From the human T2T-CHM13v2.0 reference genome, Homo sapiens: a stretch of 64,000 bases of DNA. The translations under genes were made by a program, and so were the position numbers. This document shows positions 39,587-51,549 of the stretch, one piece after another. Where the stretch lies: assembly GCF_009914755.1 (NCBI RefSeq), contig NC_060932.1, one strand, 5' to 3'. A model generated the notes under the pieces. The model was not told where the DNA came from. It made no database searches and saw nothing but the letters and a program-made list of their open reading frames with translations. Every line of letters starts with the position of its first letter. Positions within the stretch are counted from its first letter, which is position 1.

Positions 39587-41743
39587 GTGAGTTGCTGCCT
39601 CTGGTGGGAGCTGCTGACCCCCTGAGCCAAGGCTCAGCCCCTTTTCCCCAAGACCCATCCCCTCACTGCCCCTGCTCCTCCTCCAGCCAAGCTAGGCACA
39701 CAGTGGAAATTTTAGCACATATGGGAGACCCTCCGGGGATACTGACACCCATAGACAAGGATGATAGTTGCCATTTATTGATAACTTACTACATGTCTGA
39801 GCTTCACTGCTCCAAGTCCATTACAGGTCTTATCTTGTGATGTGTGTGTATGTGTGAGTGTGTAGTTTAAAGAGGAAATTGAGGCCCAAGAAGATTAGAA
39901 ACTGGCTTAAGACTATACAGTCAGGGAACAGCAGGGCCAAGAATTGACTTGCCCTGAACAACCCCAGGGGATGAGTTACATAGCTCTTCTGCCCACAGGG
40001 AAGCCATCTGATTTGGAATCAGGGCTGTATCAATAAGGAGATTCTCACCTCCTTTTAATACTGGCCTCACTTGTGAACAATGGCCTGTCCCTCATCACAA
40101 ACCTGTTGATCACCCCATCTATGGCCTCCATCTTCCCCACTGACTCCTAGGGCTGAAGTGAGCCCTGGACCAACCTAAACATCCTCCATCCACGTCTTTT
40201 CCTCCAGCTACCACATGCAGCAGGGAATGTATCAGCTGCAGTGGTCGGGACAGAGTCACTGACCTAGGAATCTGAAGAGCCCAGGGCCACCTCCGGCTGT
40301 GGACCCTCAGACAAAACCTTTCCTTTCACCCAGTCTCAGTCTTGTCCTCGGTAAAATGGGGATAATTTTACCTGATTCCAAAGTTATGAGGAGGCTTAAA
40401 TGAGGTAATACATGTAAAAGGGTTTCAGAGACTTGAGTTTTGCACATCTTCGAGGATAGTGACTGCTTCATCTCTGTTTCCCAAGGGTCTCATTTAAGAT
40501 CTGAGATATCCTACGTGCTAAGTGTGGGTGGGTGAATGGAAGATAGGTGGTCGGAATGACCAGCTGGACTAGAATGTGTGTGAATGTGTGGGGTAGGCGT
40601 CCAGCATGAGCAGAAACCTGGATGACCACATGGCATGAGGCCTTGGATGCTGCTAAGAAGATTCTAGACTTATGAAATGGGCAACAAGTTAAGACAAATA
40701 ACAACCAGATGTCTATGTAGATGAGGATGAGAAACAGATTTCAGATTTTTTTTGATGGGGAGCAGGGTCAGCTGGGAATCCAAGGACGGATATAACTTCC
40801 CCTTTCCTGGCTCTGAGAGACTCTGGGTCCCTCATTTGGCCTTTCCAAATCTCAGTTTTCTTGGTGGTAAAATAAGGAAAATTATCCCCACCCTCTTTCA
40901 CATATATGTCGTGGTAAGAAGTGAATATGGTAACTGGGGTTTTGTGGAAGCTCTTTGGAGAGTGTTTAAAGAATTATTCACGTGTGAGTTTATTTTCCTC
41001 TTTGAAGAGGGAGACCTCTTGGCCTGGGTTTGCTTTCCTCTGTGTGAACACAAGACTGACCATAATTTGTGCCATTGGTAGCCCCTTCCTCTAGAGGTGG
41101 TGACATCAGGACTCGCCCCAAGGAGCCTGGGCCTGGGGAACTTTTCCCAGACATGGCTGTCTTGTTGGCTTAGAGCATTTCTAGACAGAAGAGAGTTTCC
41201 ATATGTCGTCTGTCCCTCAGTGGGCGGGGGATTATGATTTCACAGAGTGTAATCTTGTTGAGAATTCATGTGCTTCTGGAGAGGCAAACTCATTTTGGCT
41301 GCCGGCAGGGGCAGCCTGTGGGAAGGAAACGGAAGCTTCCAGAACACCCAACCCGCTCATTCCTGATGTGCACCAAGCCTGCCTGTTCATTTTGCTCAAG
41401 GGAAAAACCATCAGCAAGAGAGAAGGAAAGTTACACTTATGGAGTGTGTCTGTCTTCACCAGATATTTCTCCTGGATTACCTCATCTATTTCTCACAGGA
41501 GATCTCTGAGGCCAGCAGGGAGCAGCCATTTCACAGATGGGTCAGCGGAGCTCAGTGAGGCTGAGGAATGTTATCGCCACAGTCACAAGTGGCATCCTGT
41601 GCCTTCAACTCTGTTGGTGGAACAACAAGAAATACTGTAGTGCAGGCAGCTCCCTCAGATGGCTGGACACGCCCTTTCAATTCCCTGTTCTTCAGCTGTG
41701 CTGAACAGTGTCTGTCTTTTGCATTCATTAGCCACAGGCCATT

Positions 41744-41744
41744 T

Positions 41745-41816
<72 letters not shown>

Positions 41817-41828
41817 TTTCTTTTTTTA
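41744..41828. repeat. (TTTC)n microsatellite derived from the L1 poly(A) tail
   Basis: tttctttctttc run abutting the L1 3' end. Confidence 0.92.
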
Positions 41829-42427
41829 ATTTTACTTTAAGTTCTGGGATACATGTGCAGAACATGCAGGTTTGTTCCATAGGTATACATGTGCCATAGT
41901 GGTTTGCTGCACCCATCAACCTGTAATCTAGGTTTTAAGCCCCACATGCATTAGGTATTTGTCCTAATGCTCTCCCTCCCCTTGCCCCCCGCCCCCCAAC
42001 AGGCCGTGGTGTGTGTTGTTTCCCCTCCCTGTGTCCATGTATTCTCAGTGTTCAACTCCCACTTATGAATGAGAACATGTGGTGTTTGGTTTTCTGTTCC
42101 TGTGTTAGTTTGCTGAGAATGATGGCTTCCTGCTTCATCTATGTCCCTGCAAAGGACACGATCTCATTCTTTTTTATGGCTGCATAGTATTCCATGGTGT
42201 ATATGTGCCACATTTTCTTTATCCAGTCTATCAGTGATGGGCGTTTGGGTTGGTTCCAAGTCTTTGCTATTGTAAATAGTGCTGCAATAAACATAAGTGT
42301 GCATGTGTCTTTATCGTAGAATGATTTGGCGATTCCTCAAAAATCTAGAACCAGAAATACCATTTGACCCAGCAATCTCATTACTGGGTATATACCCACA
42401 GGATTATAAATTATTTTACTAGAGAGA
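41750..42427 (-). mobile_element. 5'-inverted L1PA (L1PA7/8-like) with 17-bp TSD
   Basis: Antisense L1 3' end to ~42327, then sense tggcgattcctcaa...ccatttgacccagcaat...gacac; TSD cacaggccattttcttt at 41733-41749 and 42428-42444. Confidence 0.92.
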
Positions 42428-42829
42428 CACAGGCCATTTTCTTTGCCTTCCTTCCTAGCCTGCCTCGTGTGTCCCACATTCCCAGACTTCCCAGTCTCTC
42501 ACATTGCGCCTCCGTGCTCTTCAGCTCTGAGAAGGGAGCAAAGACATTCACATCCTCACCAAATCATTCAGGAAACTGAGGCACAGAGATAAGGAAAGGG
42601 CAGAGCAGCAGCAGCAGAGCCATGATGCAGATTCAGGCTTCTTGCTATGGAGGAGCTATCTCCCGCCTGCCTCAGGCAAGCTCAGAGACAGGACTGAGCC
42701 TGGCCCTGCAGAGGCCAACAGGAAGCAGGTGCTCACATCCTGAAGCACAAAGGGGCCAGCCCTTGATCCCAGTTAATCCCCCAATAAGCCTGCGACACTG
42801 GTGCAACTGTTCCCTCTTTCATATTTTTT

Positions 42830-43140
42830 AAATAATAGATTTTATTATTTAGACCTGTTTTAAGTTTATAGAAAAGTGAGCAGAAAGGACAGAGAGTTCC
42901 CATACACTCCCTCTCCCCCTCCTTCTTGCCCTGCTATTTATAAGATGCTTTGGTTGGGCACATGTGTTACCCTTGATGAGCCGATGGTGGTGCATTATGA
43001 TTTACTGAAGTCCACAGTTTACCTTGGGGTTCGTCCTGTGTGTTGGATGCTCTCTAGGGTTTGTGGGTTGCCTGATGTCCTGGACCCACCGTTACAAGGT
43101 CCAACAGGATCATTTTGTTGCCCTCCAACTTTCCTGTGCT
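42830..43140 (-). mobile_element. Old L1 (L1MC/MD-like) 3' fragment
   Basis: ttttaagtttatagaaaagtgagcagaaaggacagagagttcccatacac...aagtccacagtttac. Confidence 0.65.
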
Positions 43141-44228
43141 CCACCTCTTCATCTCTCCCTTTTTCCAGTTTAAGTCATTGAAAATTGCAGTTCAGAACAT
43201 AGATTTGGAAAGAGCTGGTTACTTTGCATGCCAGCCTCAGCCTAGGATTCTGCAGGGAATGTGGCTTTGCATCTGAGCAGGATGGGGTCTGAGAGCTGCT
43301 CTGTGGCTCTGTGGGGCCAAAACTCTGAGCAGCTCCTTCCTTCCCCATCCCAGTGCAGGCTGCCTGTCTGCAAGCAGAAGATGCTAAGTCTTGCAGGGCG
43401 TCTCACGTGAGATGAAGTGTGTGAGGACAAGCACCAGGACTCACCCATGTTTATTCCCTGCTTCTTCCCTAGACAGGGGCTCTTCCCAGGCAGGGCTGTG
43501 TTTTTATCATTTCCTGGCCCAGTATCTAGCTGCCTCCTGGCACAGAGCTGCCTCCTGATCTCAGCAGTGGCAGCCCTGTCACTCACAGAGCCAGGCTGAG
43601 CAGCCCCTCGTGAGCATCATCTCATTTGATAAATATGTGCAGCATCTGCTGCTGTATCCCAGAGTGAAAACGGTCCCTGAGAGCCCCAGACTCCAGAGGT
43701 ACTTTGTGAAAGAGACCAGAGGAAAACGAAAGCAGAAGCTCGTGCCAGTCCTGAGGCCCACTAGACAAACGCATGCTCTCTGGTGAAAAAAGGCAAGCCC
43801 AGCCCAGTGTTTAAAAGGAGTCTTGGTTCCTACGGATGTGAGCAGTTGGAAAGGAAGCAGTTGCTGGGTGAAGGGAGGCCATTTCCCCAAGCCTGGACCC
43901 TGTAGCAGGACAGACCCCAGGGGGCATCTGGCACCAAGTTGTTGTTCCTCTCTGTCTGGCAAAGCAATGCAGTGAAGGGAACTGGGGTGGTGGCATCAGA
44001 CGGGACACAGGAGGATAGGCTGGACAAGGGGCCTATGGGCTCTGCAGGGTGTGGGAGCAGAGGAAATGCGCTTTGGCCAGGACACCAGACAGAAGGTCCG
44101 GCTGCCAACGGTAACCACACATGCCATGACCTCATTGTCTCTGGGACACTCGGAGGCCTACTGAGCAGGTCTGCTCTCCTCTCTACCCAAAACAGGCTCA
44201 GAATGCTCCCCCAGTGGGTGCCCCCTCA

Positions 44229-46165
44229 CAGGCAGGCTGGAGACAAGGACACACTGCTAGGAGCATCAGCAACATAACGTTAGAACCTACACTTGTTCTA
44301 TTTTATTAAAAATTAATCTTCTATGGTGCTTTATGACAAGCACTGTTCTGTTCCCCTTACAAGTATTAACTAATTTACTCAACCTTATGAGGAAGTGCTA
44401 TTATCACCCCCGTTTTACAGATGCAGAAAATCAAAGCACACGAACATTAACTTGTCCAGGGCCCCTCAAGGCTGTACCTGGTGGAGCTGGGACTGCAGCC
44501 GGCTGGTGTGGTTCCATGGCCACTACACTGCACTGCCTCTTGTTGATGTTCTCTGGAAAGACCAGGGCGAGCCCAGAACAGTGCTAAGGGGCTTCTATCA
44601 GATCGTTGAAGAGATCGAATGAGCAAACAAGAGCCAATTCAACAATGAGGGAGCAGGTGAATGCTTGCTGGGTGCTCTGAGCAGAGGAGTAGGAGCCAGG
44701 AGGTACGGGGCAGACCAGGGCGGGTGGCAGTGGATGGAGAAGAGTGTTAGTGCAGGCCTGGAGGGCTTCCATTCAGGTCAGTTCTCCCTGTGGGCAGCTG
44801 AGAGCAGTCCTCTGGTGTCTTGCCCCTGGGCCCAAGCCTCAAAGCACATCAGAAGGGGCAAAGAGTGTGCCTGTGGTATGACTGAGTGAGGTGGGGCCTG
44901 AGGATGAGAAGAACTGGAGCTGAGACACACAGACTGCAGCAGAGGGGGCGGCCCCTGGGCAGTGATGGGGACCCAGACTGATGAGATAGCCTCATGGCCC
45001 ATCTTAGAAGGTCAGGAAGGCCAGGAAGAAGTTTGCACTTGATGCAGTAGGAATGAGGGAGGTATAAAGGCTTTTTGAACAGAGAAAGTTTCAGAAATAA
45101 AGCACTGAAAATTTTTAATGCACATCATAGATTTTTCAACAAATGTTTATTGAATTGGGTTGAATGTTAGGACAGAATTCTAATTGTGAAATAGGATTTG
45201 AGTCCCAACTTGATCTCAAATTCACTTCTTGCATGTAAACAAGCTCATTCCCTCTAAAGTTTCAGTTTCTTCACCAGTAAAGGAAAAGGTTGGACCAGAC
45301 ATGTTGGACCGTAATTGCTTGGTAACTGCCTTCTGCATTTGTCTCTGAGGTTGTGTGTCCCTAGGACTAGGTAGGATCTCTCTTGCTTTCTGCCTTACCT
45401 AGCATAGTGCCTGATAGCAGCTGAAGCCCAATTCATACTTGTTTGATGAGTGGCCCCTTGAGCACATGCTCACCTCTGACCTCTCAGAAGTCTAGACCCC
45501 AGAAGTCAACATTGACCCTTTTTGTGTAGTGGGGAAAAAGCTGATACATGGGAAGGGAGAGTCAGGAACATTTCCTCTCCTCCTTGTCCCTGGTATACAG
45601 GCTGTGGACGTCACTTTTCAGATTTGCAGGACTTGGTCTGACTCAGTTGGTGCCCTGCTTTCCTGGGTTACCTGAGACCTTGGAGGAAACAAACACATTC
45701 ATCCTAACAAATGGATCATATGAGCAATCCAGAAAGTTCACAGCGAGGATCATGTTCTACCAATGGCTTCACCAGTCCCAGAACACAAAATGCATTTGAA
45801 GAACTTTTGAACATCTCCACAGCTGGAAGAATAATTTGTGTCGTTATGCACTCTGAGCTAAGTGGAGTGCTCAGGCAGGCTGCAGACAAGAACACTCTGC
45901 TAAGAGCATCAGCAACATAATGTTAGAACCTAAACCTGTTCTATTTTATGAAAAAGTAATCTTCCATAGTGCTTTATGACAAGCACGGTTCTGTTCCCTT
46001 TACAAATATTAACTGATTTAGTCAACAACCTTATGAGGAAGTGCTATTATCACCCCCGTTTTACAGATGGGGAAAATCAAAGCACACGAACATGAACTTG
46101 TCCAGGGCCCCTCAAGGCTGTAAGTGGTGGAGTTGGGACTGCAGCCGGCTGGTCTGCCTCCATGG
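44229..46165 (+). repeat. Direct duplication ~290 bp: 44229-44519 and 45872-46165
   Basis: Both copies read gagcatcagcaacataa...ttatgaggaagtgctattatcacccccgttttacagatg...cttgtccagggcccctcaaggctgta...gggactgcagccggctggt. Confidence 0.95.
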
Positions 46166-47244
46166 TGAGACCATGGTATTCTCTTCAACTTTGTGATTAC
46201 TAGACTGGGGAATCAGGATGCAAGATTTTTCTGTTTTTTCTTTTCTTTTTTCCTATTTGGGAATATGGGGTCTCATCAGTAGTTTCTTGCTGGATGCTGA
46301 ATCCTGTGAATCATAACTATGGTGCCTCATGGAGAAACGTGAGGGGTCTGGAGCTCGGGGAGTGGGCTGGGCCGCTGACACACACAGGACCATCACCAAC
46401 ATGTAGGTGGTAATGAAGGCCATGGAACCTGATGAGGTTCCTTAGTGCAAAGTCAGAAAGGAAGAATGGGAACCTCAGATGAGACAAGAATGAGATCTGG
46501 TGTTTCAAGGTCTGATAAAGAGGACAAGTTAGTGGAGTAGTTTGGCAAGGATCTACTGAATTCACAAGACAACGAGAAGTGTATGTAGTGTCTCAAAAAC
46601 CTAAGGAGAAGAGCATATTTTTGCTATACTTGTTTGTATCTAGATCATTTTATTTAAAAAAAAAAATAGTGTTGAGTTTTCAACAAATGTTAATTGGATT
46701 CTATGAAAAAGGAAAGAGATCAATTCAGTTGCATGCTAATAAAGGCTTCAGATGATGAGGTGAGGGGAAGGGTGGGATCCAGAGCTCCAGCCTGGCCTGG
46801 CCATTGTCAGGGACAACCACCTGAAGGGGTCAAAGACATGGGGCAGAGAGTTCACCTCCTTCCCACTGATTGGCCAAGACAGTGGTGGACCTGAAGCTGT
46901 GCTGCCTCAAATCTGAGCAACTCCCCTCAGCTAATGACAGGGAAGCTGTGGCTCAGAGAGTTGTAAGGACATGATCAAGGTCTCCTAGCTGGCAAAGGAG
47001 AGGTACAAGAACATGATCAAGGTCTCCTAGCTGGCTAGCATTCAGGCCTATGTGTGTCTGGTCTCAAGGCCCATGCTCCTCCACTGTTCCTCACTGTATT
47101 TGGAACCCACAGTCTCTACCTGTGAGGACAAGAGCCCAGAGCCCCTGGCGGGGCCGCATATATGCCTGCCATAGACAGCACCATGATTTTCAAATCCAAG
47201 GTTGTAAAGTCACAAAGGATAAAAGGCTTTCCTCTTTTCTGAAG

Positions 47245-47447
47245 GGTCCGGAGAGGTGAGTGGCAACTGGGGGCTGCTGGACCAGGTGGCGGCTCTGACC
47301 TGGGTGCAGACCCACATCCGAGGATTTGGCGGGGACCCTCGGCGCGTGTCCCTGGCAGCAGACCGTGGCGGGGCTGATGTGGCCAGCATCCACCTTCTCA
47401 CGGCCAGGGCCACCAACTCCCAACTTTTCCGGAGAGCTGTGCTGATG
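47245..47447 (+). CDS. TG: Thyroglobulin coding exon (exon 41, 203 bp)
   Basis: ttttctgaag|GGTCCGG...CTGATG|gtaagt; GSGEVSGNWGLLDQVAALTWVQTHIRGFGGDPRRVSLAADRGGA...LFRRAVLM. Confidence 0.98.
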
Positions 47448-47819
47448 GTAAGTGGTGTGTGTTCTACCTTCAGTCTTACTGCAGATGCGGCTGGGGGAGG
47501 TGGTTCTCCTGTGCTGCAAAAGTCTAGTTGGCTTCAATTGCTTGGGTTTCCCTTGTCCTTTGTCCTGAGTGTGGATGCTGCTTGGAGTTTTCCATGTATG
47601 TGTGATTCCACAATGCTGAAGAGCTCTCCTGACTTTTTTCCACTCACGTCTGAAGTGCTAAAAATTTTAGATGGTGAAGTGTTTCTATTTCCTGAGAGTG
47701 GTTCATTAGGATTTAGTGATCTGAACCATCAATTATCTCTCTTGTCAATGCATGATGGTAAAGAAGAGAACTCACTGTTCGCAATTCTTCTGGATGGCCT
47801 GAAGTGCCGGCTACGTGAG

Positions 47820-47920
47820 GCTGATGATGATGGTGATGAGGAGGAGGATGATGGTGGTAATGATGATAATGATGTTGGTGATGATACAATGATGTTGATA
47901 ATGACAATAATTATGATGGA
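47820..47920. repeat. (GAT)n-like degenerate trinucleotide repeat
   Basis: gatgatgatggtgatgaggaggaggatgatggtggtaatgatgataat. Confidence 0.85.
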
Positions 47921-48419
47921 AAAAATAACCTGGTTGGCCACTGCATACGCCCTGGTATTTACTGATCTGTCATTGATTAGTTTCTAATTTCATGGCACAT
48001 CCAATTGGTGCCAGATATGCTGTGCAAGATGCTGGAAATGCCATGAAACATTATACATAACCCAGTTCTTAGGAAGCTTGTCATTACTGGGGGTTGAGGG
48101 ACAAATGCTTAAAGCAGATATTTATAAGAAGATCTCAGGGCAGCCCTAAGAGAAGGCCCCAGCCAAGCATAAGGGAAGGAGGGAGTTTGGATCAGCACAT
48201 CCCTTGAGGGGAGTGTCTGAGCCAAATGCTGAATGCTGGGTAGGCATTTACCTAGAGACAAAGTCCTGGCAACAGGGAAAGCTTGGAGGACAGAGCCCTG
48301 GTGGGGCAGCAGTGTGGAGCAGAGATGAGCCAGACTGCCCTGAACAGCTTGAGTTTTATCCTGAGTCCATGGGGAGCCTTCAGAGTGGTTTTGATTATTT
48401 ATTTGTTTGCTTGTTTGTT

Positions 48420-48855
48420 TTGTTTTATGATTTTAACCATTTTAAGTGTTCCGTTCATTGGGATTAAGTACATTCCCAATGTTGTGCAACCATTACTACT
48501 ATCCGTCGCCAGAACAGAACCTCTGTATCCTTTAACAACCCCCATCTCCTCATTCTCTCAGCCCCTGGTAACCACTACTCTACTTTCTGTCTCTATCCAC
48601 TTGCCTGTTGTAGGTGCCTCATATTAGTGTAATCATGTAAGATTTGTCCTAATGTGTCTGGCTTATTTCCCTTAGCATAATGTCTTTAAGGTCCATCCAT
48701 GTTGTAGCATGTGTCAGAATTTCTTTCCTTTTTATGGCTGCATAATATTCCTTTGCGCAGAGGGACCACATTTTGTTTATCCACTCATCTGTTGATGGAC
48801 ATTTGAATTCTACCTTTTGCCTATTGTGAACAGTGCTGCTGTGAACATGGGTGTT
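48420..48855 (-). mobile_element. L1MB 3' fragment
   Basis: ttaaccattttaagtgt...gttgtgcaaccat...ggtaaccactactctactttctgtctct...ccatgttgtagcatgtgtcag. Confidence 0.8.
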
Positions 48856-51549
48856 CAGAAGGCCTTTAAGCAGGAAGGAAACGTGCTTAGAGCTGCCCTT
48901 CAGGACAACCTCTCTTAAAGCTGGGTGAAGAATGAATTTAAGAGGGGCAACGCTGGAGGCAAAGAAAGCAGTTAGGATACTGTAAAGTTACTCAAGTTAA
49001 GGAAAGATGGAGAACAATTAACTGTACCTCAGCCTTGCCCAACCTTTTAGGGATCCAAACTCTTGATCCTAGGAGGGTAGGAGAAGTGTCATTGTTTGGG
49101 CGCAACTGATGCTAGGTCAGCATTGTCACCATTGCCAACAGAAAGCCGTGTCACCTGCCACGCATCTCTCTCCATCAGCCACAGGAGCCTTTCATGTTCC
49201 TTGGAGTTCATGCTCTGTTCTGGCTCATACAGGCAGTTTCCTTTGCATGGAACAGTTTTTCCCCATCCCCCTCTTTGCCTGCCCTACTTTTCCTTTAGAG
49301 AAGCCTTCCTGACTTTTCATCCTAGAACTGAGCCCTCTTTATATGGCTTGTGCTGCCTGTACGTCTCCTATGCAGCATTCACCAGGATTTCCAACAGTAA
49401 GTAATTGCTCTTAGTGCCAAAGCTGCTGCCTCACAAGACTGCTAGCTCCAGCTGAGCAGGGGCTGGGTGTGCCTTGCTCTCCACGGGACCCCGAGCACCC
49501 CACACAGCACATCTTAGAGTCCGTGGATGTGCCATAATTATTTTGGGGCAGCAATGAGCAGATGACTGGGGGAAGTTTCAGTTGTTGCTCTCGGGGCCCC
49601 AGGACCCACAGGATACACCAGCTCCCTCCCTTCCACCCCTTTCTTGTGAGTCTTGTCCTTTGATTCCAGTTTTCTGCAATCTGTCCCTCCGAAGGTGATC
49701 CATCTCAGTGGCAGGAGAATTGAGCACAAACATCTTTCAATTCCTGGTGTTGAAAACAAACTATCCTGCGTTGAATTGATCCTGGAGAGATTTCTCCAGG
49801 GCCCTTTCAAAAACCAGACACTCATTAGGACCCAGAAGATGCCAAAAATACCTTCCAATGGGCTCAGAAAGCAGATTTTTCTTTTTGAGGGTTTAAGTGT
49901 TTGGGGAATTTCAAATACTAATCTGTTTTAACAAATGGCAGTGTATTTAAAAATAAACCCTTCCATCTGTTTTAGTCATTTGGAAGTAGCTTTTACAACT
50001 GCTCCCAGCAGTCCTTGGGATGCATGTGAAATTATTTGGAATTGAGAGAACTAAAATACTTCAATATATTAGCAGTTCTTAAATGTGTTCTTTATCAACA
50101 GATGTTTGGGGAAATGAATATGAGTTGGCAGTTTATTCTGGGATAAAATCTTAAGTCTCTCTGCAAATCTTGGGGCCAGAACTGTTGAAACATTGGTCAA
50201 GGGAAACCCTGTGATGATAATGAATAACCTGTATTCATTCAGCACATTTGAGACCACAAAGCACTTTCAGTGTCTTATCTCACAGATTCCTTGCACTGAT
50301 TGGCATGGGGACTTTATTTTATTTTTCAACCTAGAGATAAGAAATTTGAGGCTCAGAGAGATTTAGTGACCTACCAAAGAACACACAGCAAGGAAGAAGC
50401 TGTGTTAAGGACTAGAACCTAAAGCCAAGTCCTGTATTTCCCCACTCTGTGATGCTGCCTTTCCAGGAATTTGGGACTCTCTTGGGGTCTCAAGGTGTAA
50501 GATAAAGAGCTGAAGCCTAAGATCAGATAGGCCTGCATGAAGATCCTGGTCTTGGAGAAAACACTTCACCTTGTATTCTTCACCTATCACATCAAATCAG
50601 TGTGATGAATTGTATTTCCCAAGGTCTTGAGATGTTATCAGGACTTATGGTTTGCAAACTATCTTGCACAACATAGGAACTCAAGAAATCAAGCTCCTTC
50701 TTCCCTCTTCCCTTGCCAAGGGAAGGCAACTCCAGATGGAAGTATGTCCTAGGGTATTTCACCCGTCCTGAGGCCAGGCTGGAGGATGAAGGATGACTTG
50801 TTGCAAACATGCATCCTGTGGCTGTGTCCCTGCACAGTCTTCAGACAGGGAAGGTCATGTCCTCTGTGGTATGATTCACGGACCCAGAAAACATTTCCCT
50901 TGCTGTTCTATGACAGCGCCCCAAGTCTGCATTCCTCAGGGTGAACTCCTGACCTCAGGAATCAGCCTCAAGCTAAATTTTCTGGTCTTGATTTTTACTC
51001 CATTCCTGCATGAATCCTGCATGAATCCTACACTCCAGGCTCACTAGCTATCACCCTTCTGAGGAAATGCCATGCCTTCCTCCAGGCCTTTTTATCTCTG
51101 TTCTGTGTTCAGCATATCCAGTATCCACCTGGAAAGTTCCTGCTGTCCTTCAGGGCTCAGCTGAAATGAAGCCTCCAAGCCTTTCCTCATCTCTTGAAAC
51201 AGAAGGAAAGAATCTCACCTTAGTGAAAACACTTATATGTAGCAATGCTTAGTAACTGTGCCTTATTTTACATGCTTATTATTTTTCTAACATCTCTCAT
51301 TCCAATTCTACTATGACTAGGTGCTTGAAAACTTATATGAGTTTAATCCGCTTAGTGTTTCCTTAACACTTAGCACAGCGCTTGGTTCAGAGACAGTGCT
51401 GAGTTCCACTAAAGTGATGAGAGAGATGGTGGTTTGGACTCAGAACACTGTTCTCTATCGTTTTTGCAGTATATCTCATAGTGTGAGCATGCTATGCTTG
51501 TCTATTCAGAATTCACCAAGATATTCATGAGTTTTGATGCTTCTACATG

